The notes under the pieces are model-generated. The model was not told the DNA's origin and ran no database searches. It saw only the letters and a list, made by a program, of their open reading frames with translations. A stretch of DNA of 64,000 nucleotides. Source: an uncultured Acidobacteriota bacterium (GTDB lineage Bacteria > Acidobacteriota > Terriglobia > Terriglobales > Acidobacteriaceae). The position numbers were made by a program, and so were the translations under genes. Numbering within the stretch: the stretch's first letter is position 1; every line of letters starts with the position of its first letter. Positions 26,616 to 37,100 of this stretch are shown here, one piece after another. Location of the stretch: assembly GCA_963709865.1 (NCBI GenBank), contig CAVPXW010000012.1, forward strand, positions 47,671 through 111,670. Direction: 5' to 3'.

Positions 26616-27623
26616 ATGAAACTCAAAACTGCGATCCTAATTGCAGCATACCTTGTGCTGGTGTGTGCCTTGCCCTCGCGGGCACAACAAAAAGGACAAT
26701 GGGTGCCGGGACAGTTTGGGCTCAATGCCGGGGTAATTCCCGATCCCGGAATCACCTATGCCAACCTGGCCTTGAACTACTCTTCCAACCGGTTGAATAA
26801 TTCCGACGGAAGCAAGATCTCGGGAATCACCGGAAATTACGGTTTTTGGGTGGATGAAAACATTGTCTATTACGTTCCGCACCACAAGTTTCTGGGCGGG
26901 TATTTCATGCCCTATATTGCGCTGAACGTCGCAAATGGATCGCTCGTTGCCGACATCAGCGGAACCAATCTCAGCGCCAACGGGGGCGGATCAGGGTTTG
27001 CCGATACGTTTGTCGAGCCAGTGAACCTGGGCTGGCACTTCAAGCGCGTCGACTTCAACGTGGGATACGCTTTCACGGCCCCTACGGGCCGCTACACTGC
27101 AGGAGCGACCAACAACGTGGGTTCTGGATATTGGGGAAACGATATTACTTCTGGCACCACGTTCTACATCACCAAGAACAAAGGAACCAGCGCAAACCTG
27201 ACCACCGACTGGGAAATCCACGGACAAAAGACAGTCGCCAGCATACCGGCGGGGCAGTTCAGTAAAATTACGCCCGGCCAAGCCTTCACGGATGAGTGGG
27301 GCATTGGACAGGTTCTTCCCTTGAAAAAAAATATGAGTCAACTCCTCCAACTGGGATTGGTTGGGTATGACCAATGGCAAGTTTCGAGAACCGGCGGGAA
27401 CTATTTGGTGGCTGGAATACCCTTTGCCGCGAGCCGAGTGCCGTACTACTCCGTTCATGGGATTGGGTTTCAGTCCAATTACATTCTCCCGGCGAAAGGT
27501 TTCGTTCTCTTCTTCAAGTACTACGGCGAGTATTCGGCGAAGGCCCGCCCGCAAGGCCGCACGATTGTGTTCGGCGGTTCGTGGACGTTGAAGATTCCGA
27601 AGCCGGCACCGGCAAAGAAATAG
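26616..27623 (+). CDS. outer-membrane beta-barrel transporter-like protein (MetA-pathway/phenol-degradation-type OMP)
   Basis: ATG 26616 lies behind GAGAGAGAGAAAG. Signal peptide MKLKTAILIAAYLVLVCALPSRAQ. Alternating beta-strand pattern ends in an aromatic-rich segment. The family call comes from remembered sequence pattern only. Confidence 0.55.
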   Translation: MKLKTAILIAAYLVLVCALPSRAQQKGQWVPGQFGLNAGVIPDPGITYANLALNYSSNRLNNSDGSKISGITGNYGFWVDENIVYYVPHHKFLGGYFMPYIALNVANGSLVADISGTNLSANGGGSGFADTFVEPVNLGWHFKRVDFNVGYAFTAPTGRYTAGATNNVGSGYWGNDITSGTTFYITKNKGTSANLTTDWEIHGQKTVASIPAGQFSKITPGQAFTDEWGIGQVLPLKKNMSQLLQLGLVGYDQWQVSRTGGNYLVAGIPFAASRVPYYSVHGIGFQSNYILPAKGFVLFFKYYGEYSAKARPQGRTIVFGGSWTLKIPKPAPAKK

Positions 27624-27716
27624 CAATCGAGCGTGGCAGGAGAGCGGGATGTAAGCAAGCGAACTCCCTTGGCTAGCCCGGCTGGTTTGCTAAGACGCCG
27701 CGACTAACGACCTCTG

Positions 27717-28310
27717 TTACGGCGTGCAGTGGAAGATCAGCGCAGGCAGGATGTTAAAGAGTTGGAAGTTGAGCTTGACCGAGCTGAAGCTGGATTTGAG
27801 GTACGGCAACAGCGTGCGATTGTACTGAAACACCAGCAACGACCCTTGCGCCTTCAGCGCCAGGCGGGACTCGTCCACGATCTGCTGGCGCAGCGTCTCT
27901 GAAAGCAGGCTGTAGGGAATGCTGGAAATGATGTAATCGGCGGGCGCAAGGCCCTGCTCGGTGAGAATGCGGCGCACCTGCGCCGCCGAGCCGTGGACCA
28001 CGCGAAGCCGCGGGTCGCGGATGGTGGTGCTCAGGTATTCCACAAAATCTTCGTTGAGTTCGATGACCAGCAGCACCGCATCGGGCCGCATGCGCTTGAG
28101 CACTTCCCGCGTGATGGTGCCGACGCCGGGACCGAATTCCACCAAGACCCGCGCACGATCCCAGTCGACCTGGGCCATCAGATCCTTCACCAGAAAGGGA
28201 GAACTGGGGATCACGGAACCCAGCATGGCTGGGTACTTGAAAAAGTTGCGGGCAAATAGAGCGACGGCGGAAGTTCGCACGGCGGACTTCTTAGCGGCCT
28301 GGCTGGGCAT
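27717..28310 (-). CDS. class I SAM-dependent methyltransferase (phospholipid N-methyltransferase-like, COG3963-type)
   Basis: FFKYPAMLGSVIPSSPFLVKDL followed by VLVEFGPGVGTITREVL (SAM motif I) and LVIELNEDF. This layout is typical of the PmtA/rRNA-adenine-dimethylase-like group. Confidence 0.7.
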   Translation of the reverse strand: MPSQAAKKSAVRTSAVALFARNFFKYPAMLGSVIPSSPFLVKDLMAQVDWDRARVLVEFGPGVGTITREVLKRMRPDAVLLVIELNEDFVEYLSTTIRDPRLRVVHGSAAQVRRILTEQGLAPADYIISSIPYSLLSETLRQQIVDESRLALKAQGSLLVFQYNRTLLPYLKSSFSSVKLNFQLFNILPALIFHCTP

Positions 28311-28551
28311 CCCGAAGTGTCCTCAGAGACAGCGCACATCAAACAGCAGTCTTCATCGTAGCTGATGGGAGGCTCATCTCGACCGACAACTCCCCAAACG
28401 GAAGTAGTGGCGAGGCAGGTACTTTGGTCACACGTTGGGCAAGCTCGGACGAAACTTGCCCCGCTACGGTAACTTGCCGTGCCCGAACCTGGTGGTTGAG
28501 AATCAAGGTATATTCTGCCGGGGATTCGTGTCGCTCTGAGGGCTGGTTCCA

Positions 28552-31089
28552 TTGAGGTTGTTGACACACACACTGCTGCGGCTGGTCGCGGGAATATACT
28601 TCGTCCTCACGTCGCTGTACTGCCTGCTGGCTTTTTTGCCGTACACCTACTGCGCATTCATCAAAGCACCACCATATCCGTGGATGCCATGGTTCACCCA
28701 CCATCAAGCTGGGCTGTATTGGGCAGCGGCCGCGGCAGGGCTGGTGGCAGCGAACGGTTCGTCCCTGATTGCAAATTGGAAAAGCAAGAACGCCCCTTTC
28801 CTCGCAGGCATCGGTCTGCTAACTGGGGCTGGCGTTTATCTAAGCGTGCGGCCGTTTCTTCCGGGCCTGCAGAGTACGCGCGCGGCCTATTGGTGGAGCC
28901 TGGCGGCTCTGCTCCCGGTCATTGGCCTGGCGTTGTGGCCAAGGGAAGGTCTCGCAAAACGGGCGCCCGACGCACCGGCCGACGCGGGTGGAAACCGTGT
29001 CTACGGATATTCCGGAGGACTGTTGGTGGCCTTTGCGGTCAGCGGGATCTACACAGTCGGGGCACGAATGCGCGTCTACAGCGAAAGCCACGCGCTGGGC
29101 CTTCGCTCTCAAGATCTTGAACTGGCACTGTGGAGTCTGATCTCCCATTTTGCGGTGGCGGTCGCCATCTTGTCCGCCCTGAATCTGATCTTCCTGGTTG
29201 CGGCGAAGACCCCAAAACCGCGGGCGGTGCGGCGGGGGATGACCGGGGCCTTGATCTGCACCGCATTGACGATCGTGCTGGCACGCTTCCTCGATACCGC
29301 GATGAGCTTCGACGGTTGGGGAGCTGTCGCGTACGCGGCTGTTCTGGCGCTCGCGCTCACGTTGTGGGGATTCTCACTGGTGCTGCCCTGGCTGGCGGGG
29401 AATAGCGCGAGGGAAAGTTCGCCGGCGGCGAAAACCACACCATCGCGTGGACGAACCGTCGCCATCTGGATCGCGATTGTGTTTCTGGTTGGACTGGCGC
29501 TGGCATCGCGCTCGATCATCGGCGGAGAGGACTGGAACGGTTTTGTCGCCAGCACCTGGGCCCTGATTTTCTGGGTTGCGATGAGCCTGTGCGTCTATCG
29601 CCTCCGTCCAGTCCGGGCGCATTACTCAGCCGCGGTCATCGTGGGAATCCTGTTGGCCAGCGCGTTCGTCTACAAGGGACTGCAGGCCACGGAGATTTTC
29701 TGGGGCGAACCTCTGGGCTCCACCGACGACGAGATATCGCTGAAGCTCGAAGAGTACGGAGACCGGGACGCTTCTTTTCAGCTGGCTCACCACGTTCTCG
29801 GCAATAGCCGAAACCAGGCTTGCGGCGACCTTTGCCGCATCCTGCGGGAATATACGAATATCCGAGATACCCACATCGGCCAGGGAGTCCGGTTAGTGGA
29901 CAACCTTGCTCCGGCGCAAAACGCGCGGCCGAACATTTTCATTTTTGTGATCGACTCGATGCGGCCGGATTACCTGGGAGCGTATAACCCGCAGCGGGTT
30001 CACTACACGCCAAATCTGGATGCGCTGGCCCGCGACAGCATTGTGTTTCGCAACGCGTATACGCAGTACGCCGGAACATCCATGTCGGAGCCTGCCATCT
30101 GGTCCGGAGCCCTGCTGTTACATACGCACTTTCCGCAGCCCTTCGATGAAGTCAACAGCTTGCGGACGCTGGCCGGGACGGATCGCTACCAACTCGTAGC
30201 CAGCTACGACACAGTGTTGCGCCAGATCTTCACGCCGTCCGATGCGCTGACCAAACTCGACGGAAACACGGAATTGTGGAATCAGTATGAAGCCTGCTCC
30301 ACGGTCGACCAACTGGAATCGGCACTGGATAGCCGGCAGGACAGATCGAAGCCCGTTCTTTTTTACGCGCAGCCGATGAACGTGCACCAGTTCGCGCGCA
30401 ATGACGTACCGTCGCCGACTTCGCAACACTGGCAGGGTCCAGCGGGATTGAACGGACGCATCACGTACGAAGTACATTGGGTGGATTCGTGCCTGGGCAG
30501 GTTTTTCGACTATCTGAAGCAGCGCGGAATGTACGACGACAGCATCATCATCGTAACCAGCGACCACGGTGATGCTACGGGCGAGTTCGGGCGAACCAGT
30601 CATTCCACTTCGATCTGGCCGGAAATCATGCGGGTGCCGCTCATCGTCCATTTGCCACCGGGGATGCGGGAACACCTGGTGTACGATGACAGCCGCCTTT
30701 CGACCTTGACCGACATTGCGCCGACGCTGTACTACCTGCTCGGACATCGACCGGTACGGCAGAACCCGCTCTACGGGAGACCTCTGTTTGCGGAAACGAT
30801 GCAGGAACTGGAGCGCTATCCCAGGAAAGATCTTCTACTAGCGTCGGACGTGCGCGCGGTGTATGGAATCCTGACGGCGGACGGGCGCTACTTATATACG
30901 ACCTACGATGCCCCGGCGCAGAGTTATCTGTTCGACCTCGTGGCGGATCCCAATGCCGAACACGACATTTTGACCCCACCTCTCAAGCAACACTACGACG
31001 AAGAGATCATCGAACATCTGCACCTGGTCGGCGACTACTACGGCTACAGGCCAGGAGTGGGATCCCTGCTGGCGTCGGCGGGACGTTAG
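28552..31089 (+). CDS. polytopic membrane protein with C-terminal sulfatase/alkaline-phosphatase-superfamily domain
   Basis: About 11 N-terminal TM helices over about 400 aa, then IFIFVIDSMRPDYLGAYN and IIIVTSDHGDATGEFGRTSH metal-site motifs. The architecture resembles LTA-synthase/phosphoethanolamine-transferase enzymes. Confidence 0.8.
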   Translation: MRLLTHTLLRLVAGIYFVLTSLYCLLAFLPYTYCAFIKAPPYPWMPWFTHHQAGLYWAAAAAGLVAANGSSLIANWKSKNAPFLAGIGLLTGAGVYLSVRPFLPGLQSTRAAYWWSLAALLPVIGLALWPREGLAKRAPDAPADAGGNRVYGYSGGLLVAFAVSGIYTVGARMRVYSESHALGLRSQDLELALWSLISHFAVAVAILSALNLIFLVAAKTPKPRAVRRGMTGALICTALTIVLARFLDTAMSFDGWGAVAYAAVLALALTLWGFSLVLPWLAGNSARESSPAAKTTPSRGRTVAIWIAIVFLVGLALASRSIIGGEDWNGFVASTWALIFWVAMSLCVYRLRPVRAHYSAAVIVGILLASAFVYKGLQATEIFWGEPLGSTDDEISLKLEEYGDRDASFQLAHHVLGNSRNQACGDLCRILREYTNIRDTHIGQGVRLVDNLAPAQNARPNIFIFVIDSMRPDYLGAYNPQRVHYTPNLDALARDSIVFRNAYTQYAGTSMSEPAIWSGALLLHTHFPQPFDEVNSLRTLAGTDRYQLVASYDTVLRQIFTPSDALTKLDGNTELWNQYEACSTVDQLESALDSRQDRSKPVLFYAQPMNVHQFARNDVPSPTSQHWQGPAGLNGRITYEVHWVDSCLGRFFDYLKQRGMYDDSIIIVTSDHGDATGEFGRTSHSTSIWPEIMRVPLIVHLPPGMREHLVYDDSRLSTLTDIAPTLYYLLGHRPVRQNPLYGRPLFAETMQELERYPRKDLLLASDVRAVYGILTADGRYLYTTYDAPAQSYLFDLVADPNAEHDILTPPLKQHYDEEIIEHLHLVGDYYGYRPGVGSLLASAGR

Positions 31090-31320
31090 ATCTGGGCTGG
31101 AGGAAACACTTTAACCGCCAAGGTCGCGGAGGAACGCCGCGGAGTGCGCGGAGAAAACCTCAGAGTGAGGTGCGCCTTTATCGGCGACTACTACGGCTAC
31201 AGGCTAGGGGTGGGATCGCTGCTGGCGTCGGCGGGACGTTAGAGCACTGGACTGGAGGAAATACTCTAACCGCCAAGGTCGCGGAGGAACGCCGCAGAGT
31301 GCGCAGAGAAAACCTCAGGG
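31030..31320. repeat. 153-bp-period tandem duplication of the CDS 3' end plus a family-A repeat arm
   Basis: Copy 1 (31030-31164) and copy 2 (31183-31320) are about 90% identical. Both contain GGCGACTACTACGGCTACAGG...GCGGGACGTTAG (last 19 codons plus stop) and ACCGCCAAGGTCGCGGAGGAACGCCGC.GAGTGCGC.GAGAAAACCTCAG. Confidence 0.85.
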
Positions 31321-31980
31321 CGCGCCGATTCTCAACAACTTCTTCAAGTTTGTGACGCCCTTCGCCCGCAGCAGGTACAACATCTTTTGCCAGATTCGGG
31401 CGGTGAGGAACGCGTCGGAGAGCGCATGGTGAGCGTCTTGCACGTCAAGGCTGTAGAACTTCGCCAGGGTTGCGAGGTCTAGCTTTTCAAGTTGAGCGGA
31501 TAAATCCTCAGAATACGGGCCGTGACGCAGGATCCAGTGATGAACCCGCGCGGTATCGATGGCAGGGTTGCTGAACTTGAGCCCGATCTGGCTCATTTCT
31601 TTTCCGAGGATCTTCAATTCGATCTCCACGCAATGGCCGACCAGCACGTCGCCTGCCATGAATTGCCGGAGTTCATCGAGAGCCTTCCCCGGATGCTCGC
31701 CGCCTTCCACATCTTCAGCGCGAAGTTTGTGAATGATGACGGTTTCCGCAGGAATGGGGACGCGCGGGTTGACCACGCGGTAGAACTGAGTTCCCATCTG
31801 AATGCTTGGCCCATGCATCGCAATCGCGCCGACGGAAAGCATGCGATTGGTGCGAGGGTCGAGGGAGGTCAGTTCGGTGTCAAGCACCACGTAGCGCAGG
31901 GCATCGAGGGCGGTGTCGCTCGACGGTGCCGGCTTGTCCCCCTCGTGTGATCCAGAGACGCGCTTGAACCAACCAGGCAT
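31315..31980 (-). CDS. DEDDh 3'-5' exonuclease (DnaQ/epsilon-like)
   Basis: ExoI VVLDTELTS, ExoII HCVEIELKIL, ExoIII HHALSDAFLTARIW. The start abuts the stop of the upstream DUF294 gene (TGA 31981-31983). Confidence 0.8.
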   Translation of the reverse strand: MPGWFKRVSGSHEGDKPAPSSDTALDALRYVVLDTELTSLDPRTNRMLSVGAIAMHGPSIQMGTQFYRVVNPRVPIPAETVIIHKLRAEDVEGGEHPGKALDELRQFMAGDVLVGHCVEIELKILGKEMSQIGLKFSNPAIDTARVHHWILRHGPYSEDLSAQLEKLDLATLAKFYSLDVQDAHHALSDAFLTARIWQKMLYLLRAKGVTNLKKLLRIGAP

Positions 31981-33918
31981 TCATCTCCCTAATTGCGACC
32001 AGATCGCGGTGCGGAATCTTTCTTCGATCAGAGTCTGCGCGCGCGTGGCGGCGCGGAATGATTCTTTGAGCAAGCTTCTCTGCAAGTGCGTGAGGCTCTC
32101 GGGAGCGATGTAGTTGCTCACTCCTTTATCCATCGCGGACTTGACCAAGCTGGCACTGCAGGCGCAACAAGGTGAGGAATTCAAAAGCCTCTTGCATATC
32201 CTGAAAGATGGTTGGGTCTTGCTCAGGTCCGGAGGACAGGGCGGAGAGACGATCCGACGTGTTGGTGTGCTCGATTCCCGCATCGAGAGCGAGCAAGCGG
32301 GCCGCATTGACGATGGGACCGGTGCCGAAGCGCTTGAGATCGAGCTGATTCTTGTGCTCGCCGCTGCGCTCAAGCACCAAATTCCGGAAGAATCCCAGTG
32401 GAGGTTTGTCGGTGGTAGAGATGAAGCCCAGCACCGACTTGAACATGCCGGCTTCCTTCAACCACTCGCGATTAGCGGCGGCGAGTTTCTGGTAAAGGGA
32501 AAAGTCGCCAGCTATGGGACGCATGTCGAAGAAGATGAGGGCATCCTCGGTGCCGTGGAGTTCGGCTTCGCTGATCCACTGATGGAAGTAGTTCGTCCAT
32601 GTCTGGAGCGGCTGCCGCCAGCGCGGATTGCTGGCCATGTAGTTTCCGGTGCAAAGTGGGTAGCCGCAGGTTGACAGGGCATCCTGGGCGAAGGTGGCGA
32701 ACTGGGCGAAGTACTCGCGGGCCGAGGGTTCGTCTTCGGAATCTGCATAGAGGAGTGCGTTGTCCTGGTCGGTCTTGAAGGTCTGCTCACGGCGGCCTTC
32801 ACTGCCCAGCACGACCCAGCAGTACGGAACCGGAGCCGAGGTCCCAGTTTCGCTTCAGCAAATTGCAGAATCTTGACGACGAGACGGTCATTCACCTCGG
32901 CGACAACCCGGGTCACGTGACTGGCCTTGGCGCCTTCCCGCAACAACAGCGGCAGAAGACCGACGATGCGGGCATTGGCGGCGGCCAAGTCTTGCAGGTT
33001 GGTTTGCGCATCCACGAACCGCACCACGTTGAGTGGAGACTTGCCCTGTAGCACCATCAGATCGTGAGCGGTAAGAACGCCTATGGGAGTACCCTGGCGC
33101 GTGACCAGCACGTGGTGAATGTTGCGGCTTACCATGGCCAGCAAAGCATGGAACAGGCGTTCACAGGCTTCGATCGCGACCACAGGACTGCTCATGATGT
33201 CTTTCACCGGGCGATCAAGAGGCAGTGCCTTCGCGACTACCTTTTCCGCGAAGTCACGGTCGGTGACGATACCGACCGCCGACCCGGCGGCATCGACCAC
33301 GAACACGCAGGTCGCCTTCGAGCGGGCAAGCATCTGCGCGGCTTCACGGATGGTGGTGCCTTGGTTGCAGAGCAGTGGAGGAGAACCCGGGACGTCGCTG
33401 ACGGAAAGCGAATAGAGCAGGCGTTCGGTGTCGCCCATGAGCCCGGTCTGGGTGCGCAGTTCCTGCAGGCTGCGGTCCATGTAGCGAGTTACCGAGGTTC
33501 GAAGCAAAAAATTGGACACCTCGGCATTGGAGGAGATGAGACGCTGCACCTGTTCGGCGGGGACGCGGTAGCAAAGCGTGTCTTCGATGGCGGTGACGTC
33601 GAGGCGGGCGAGGTCCTTGCTCATGAGAGAGAGCAGGCCGAAGATTTCGCCCTCGCTGCGCATGTCGAGTACTAGTTGCTTGCCGACCTGCGACCGGAGC
33701 GCGAGTTTGACCCCGCCCTTGTGCACGACGTAGAGCGACTCCGACGCGGGATGTCCGGCGGTGAGGATGACAGTGTCTTTGGGGAAGAATTCCAAAGTCA
33801 TCGTCGAAGCTAGCCGGAAAAGCTCGGGGATGGAAAGAAATTGGAACGGGGGAACGTTTCTGAGGAAGGAGACGACGGAATCTGTAATCACGGAATCGGG
33901 GGAAGAGTGCGACGCCAC
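31981..33918 (-). pseudogene. cyclic-nucleotide-binding / tandem CBS / DUF294 nucleotidyltransferase protein, two frame breaks
   Basis: The cNMP-binding domain (FFPKDTVILTAGHPASESLYVVHKGGVKL) and CBS pair are in ORF 32512..33918. The nucleotidyltransferase core (PVPYCWVVLGSEGRREQTFKTDQDNALLY) is in ORF 32126..32812. The C-terminal helices are in ORF 31981..32373. Junctions are near 32840 and 32130. Confidence 0.8.
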
Positions 33919-34004
33919 GGCCAGACCTCACGAGGGACGAGGAAGGACCCCTGATGGTAGGTGGCGGCGTGGGCGAAAGTCAAAGCGAGGCGCGCGGTGA
34001 GTCC

Positions 34005-34102
34005 AGCGCTCTTTGCGACTTGCTTCATTGGCGATCTTTGCGGTCAAAAGCCTTTAACCGCAAAGATCGCTAAGGGATCGCGGAGGGCGCTGAGAACAAC
34101 CT
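34005..34102. repeat. repeat family A, abutting right and left arms
   Basis: CTCTTTGCGACTTGCTTCATTGGCGATCTTTGCGGTCAAAAGCCTTTAACCGCAAAGATCGCTAAGGGATCGCGGAGGGCGCTGAGAAC. Confidence 0.55.
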
Positions 34103-34112
34103 TCCACCCTGA

Positions 34113-37100
34113 TTACTTTGCTCCCAGATCGTCGTGCTCGTGGTAGTTCGGGTAGGGTGGACGTTTGATCTCGGGTAGGGGATGATCTTTCAACTGCTGC
34201 ATCACCACCTCAATGGCTTTTTCCAGTTGCGCGTCGTGTCCCTGACGCCACGCCGCCGGCTCAAGATCGACTTCGACATCCGGCACGACTCCGTGGTTTT
34301 CGACTTCCCATTCGCCCTTGAGGCCGTAGATGGCGGCGCGCGGCGCGGTGACATGGCCGCCGTCAATCAATTCCGGATAGCCGCCGATTCCGACCAGTCC
34401 GCCCCAGGTCTGTTTGCCGATCAGCGGACCGATGCCGGCCTTGCGGAAGTACCAGGGCAGGGCGTCGCCACCGGAACCGGACATTTCGTTGATGATCATG
34501 ACCTTGGGTCCGTAGATCGCTTCCGACGGGCTCGACCAGTCGTGGCCTTCGCGAGTGACGACCTTGCTCATCATGTTGCGGCGCAGGTTGTCGACGATGT
34601 AGTCGGCGAGTTGGCCGCCCTCGTTGAAACGTTCGTCGATGATGGCGCCTTCCTTGCCTACCTGCGAAAAGAAGTAGCGGTTAAAGCTGGTGTAACCAGC
34701 GCCCGCGGTGTTGGGCACATGCACATAGGCAATGCGGCCTCCGGTGGCCTGATCGACGCGGCGGCGATTGCTCTCGATCCAGGCGAGGTGCCGCAGATTC
34801 TCTTCACTCTCGACGGGAATGACCGTCACGTCGCGGGAATCCTTGCCATCCGGGTTCGCGCCAACCTTGAGAACCACCTGCTTCCCAGCAGTCTCCTCGA
34901 AGAAACTGTAGAGGTTGTCGGAGGCATGCAGATCGCGGCCGTTGACGGCAAGCAGGTAGTCTCCCGGTTTCACGTTGACGCCAGGCTGGGTTAACGGGGC
35001 TTCGTTACCCGGATTCCAGTTCTCGCCGTCATAGACTTTGGCAATGCGATAGCGGCCATTTTCCAGGCTGTAGTCGGCGCCGAGGAGGCCGCCTTTCACC
35101 TTCTTGGGTTCCGGCTTCTCGCCTCCACTGACGAACATGTGGCCGACGGTTATCTCGCCCAGACACTCCTGGAACAGATAGGTGAGTTCGTCGCGGGACG
35201 CGATGCCCTCCAGATAAGGCGCGTATTTTTTCTTGGCCTTGTCGAGATCGAGGCCGTGATAGTGCGGGTCGTAGAAGAAATCGCGCTCGATGCGCCAGGT
35301 TTCGTTGTAGATCTGCTTCCACATGGCGCGGGGCTCGACGTAGACTTCCCAGCCATCGAGCTTGAGCGGACCGAAACCGGGTTTGGGCGGGGCTCCGCCG
35401 GAAGGGCCGGCAGGGCCATCGTCGACCGAAGCAGTCGCCCAGGATTCACCCTTGCGGTAGAGAAGTTTTTCGCCATCGAAGGAGACGGTGAAGTCGTTGA
35501 CCTCATCCATGAGCTTGTCGACCTTGCGCTTGCTGAGGTCGAATTTCTGGATGGTCTGGCTGATATTGGGGTTTTCGTCGTCGGACGCAAAGACCATCGG
35601 GCCTTCGGAGAGGAACAGGATGCCGGACTTGCCCGGAAGCATGTTGACGTAGTTCCTGGCGGGAATGGGCAGCGCGAGGATGCGCTGGCCGATGCCGTCG
35701 AGGTCGATCTTGACGACGACGGGCTCTTCTTTCTTGTCTTTGTCTTTGTCTTTGTCTTTGTCTTTGTCAGTCTTGGCCGATTTGTCGTCCGCTTTGCTTC
35801 TTGTCTTTGTCTTTGTCTTTGGTCTGGTCTGGTCGGCCTTGTCCTTCTCCGCATCGGGTTTCTTTTCGTCTTTCGGCTTTTCCTCGTCGCTTTCGGGCGC
35901 GAGCGGCGACTTCTCATCTTTGCTGAGGACGGCGACGTAGACGCTGCGCGAAACGCGATGCTCGTCGCTCGACATGTCAAGCCCGGCAGTCGAGAGAGCG
36001 ACGTTGGTCGAGGCCGTGAAGTAGAGATACTTGCCGTTCTTGTCAAAGCAGGGATAGAGCGCGTCGCTCATGCCGTCGGTGATCTGGAAAGCCTTGCCCT
36101 GATCGAGCGAGTAAACAAATACCGCGTGCATGCCGCTGGGAAGTTGCTTGGTGTAGGCGATCCACTTGTTGTCGGGAGACCAAGTCTGGTTGAGCTGGGT
36201 GGGGCCGAATCCGCCGAAATAATCGGCGTCGACGAGTTTGGGCGCCGGGTTGTCGAGATCGACGTACCACAACTTCAGGCGCTTGTCGCTGTACGCGATC
36301 TTCTTACTGTCGGGAGACCAGGTCGGCGCATAGAAAAACGATGGCGGATTGCCCAGATTGATGTGGCGAACCGGTCCCAAGCCGTTCTGATCGCGGATGG
36401 CCAGCTCGTATTCTCCGGATTCGTCGGAGAAATAGGCGATGGACTTGCCATCGGGCGACCACGCCGGATCGCGATCGGCGACGGCGGGACTGCGCGTGAT
36501 ATTGCGAATGTCGCCTTTGTCGGTGGGAACGGTGAAAATCTCTCCCCAAGCTTCGAAGACGGCGCGGGCGCCGGTGGGTGAGATGCCGAAATTCTGGATG
36601 CGCTTGGGATCGACCTTGGCAAAGTGCGGCCGGACCGCATCGATGTCGCCCGCCACATGGATGGTCATGTTCTTTGCCTGGCGAGTGTTCAGATCATAGA
36701 GTTTGATGGCGCCGAACTGTTCGATCACGATGGCATCGGGGCCGGCCGAGGCGCGTCTTGAAGTCCAGGCCGTCGCTGTGGAGGGCTTCCGAGACCTGTT
36801 TGGTCTTGGTGTCGTAGGCGAACAGGCTGACCGGGCCGTTGCGGTCGGAGAGGAAATAGATGGTGTCGCCGACCCACATGGGATGGTGATCGTTGGAGTT
36901 GTCGCGAGGAACCTTGACGCATGCTGGAATCTTTGAGATCGGCAATCCAGATGGGCGTGGTCTGGCCGCCGTGATAGCGCTTCCAGGCCTCCTGCCACTT
37001 GGGGTGCGGGACGTAGGCGATGTGCGTTCCATCGGGCGAGAAGGAAGCATCCTCGGCAATGGGGAGAGGCAGTTGCGTGGGGAGTCCGCCTTCGACGGGG

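Noticed and set aside
35665-35940. Plus-strand ORF translating to SLSLSLSLSL... and other low-complexity ORFs across the microsatellite.
   Set aside because: This is an artefact of reading the GTCTTT repeat in the wrong strand or frame. The minus-strand tricorn-like frame is supported by flanking homology.
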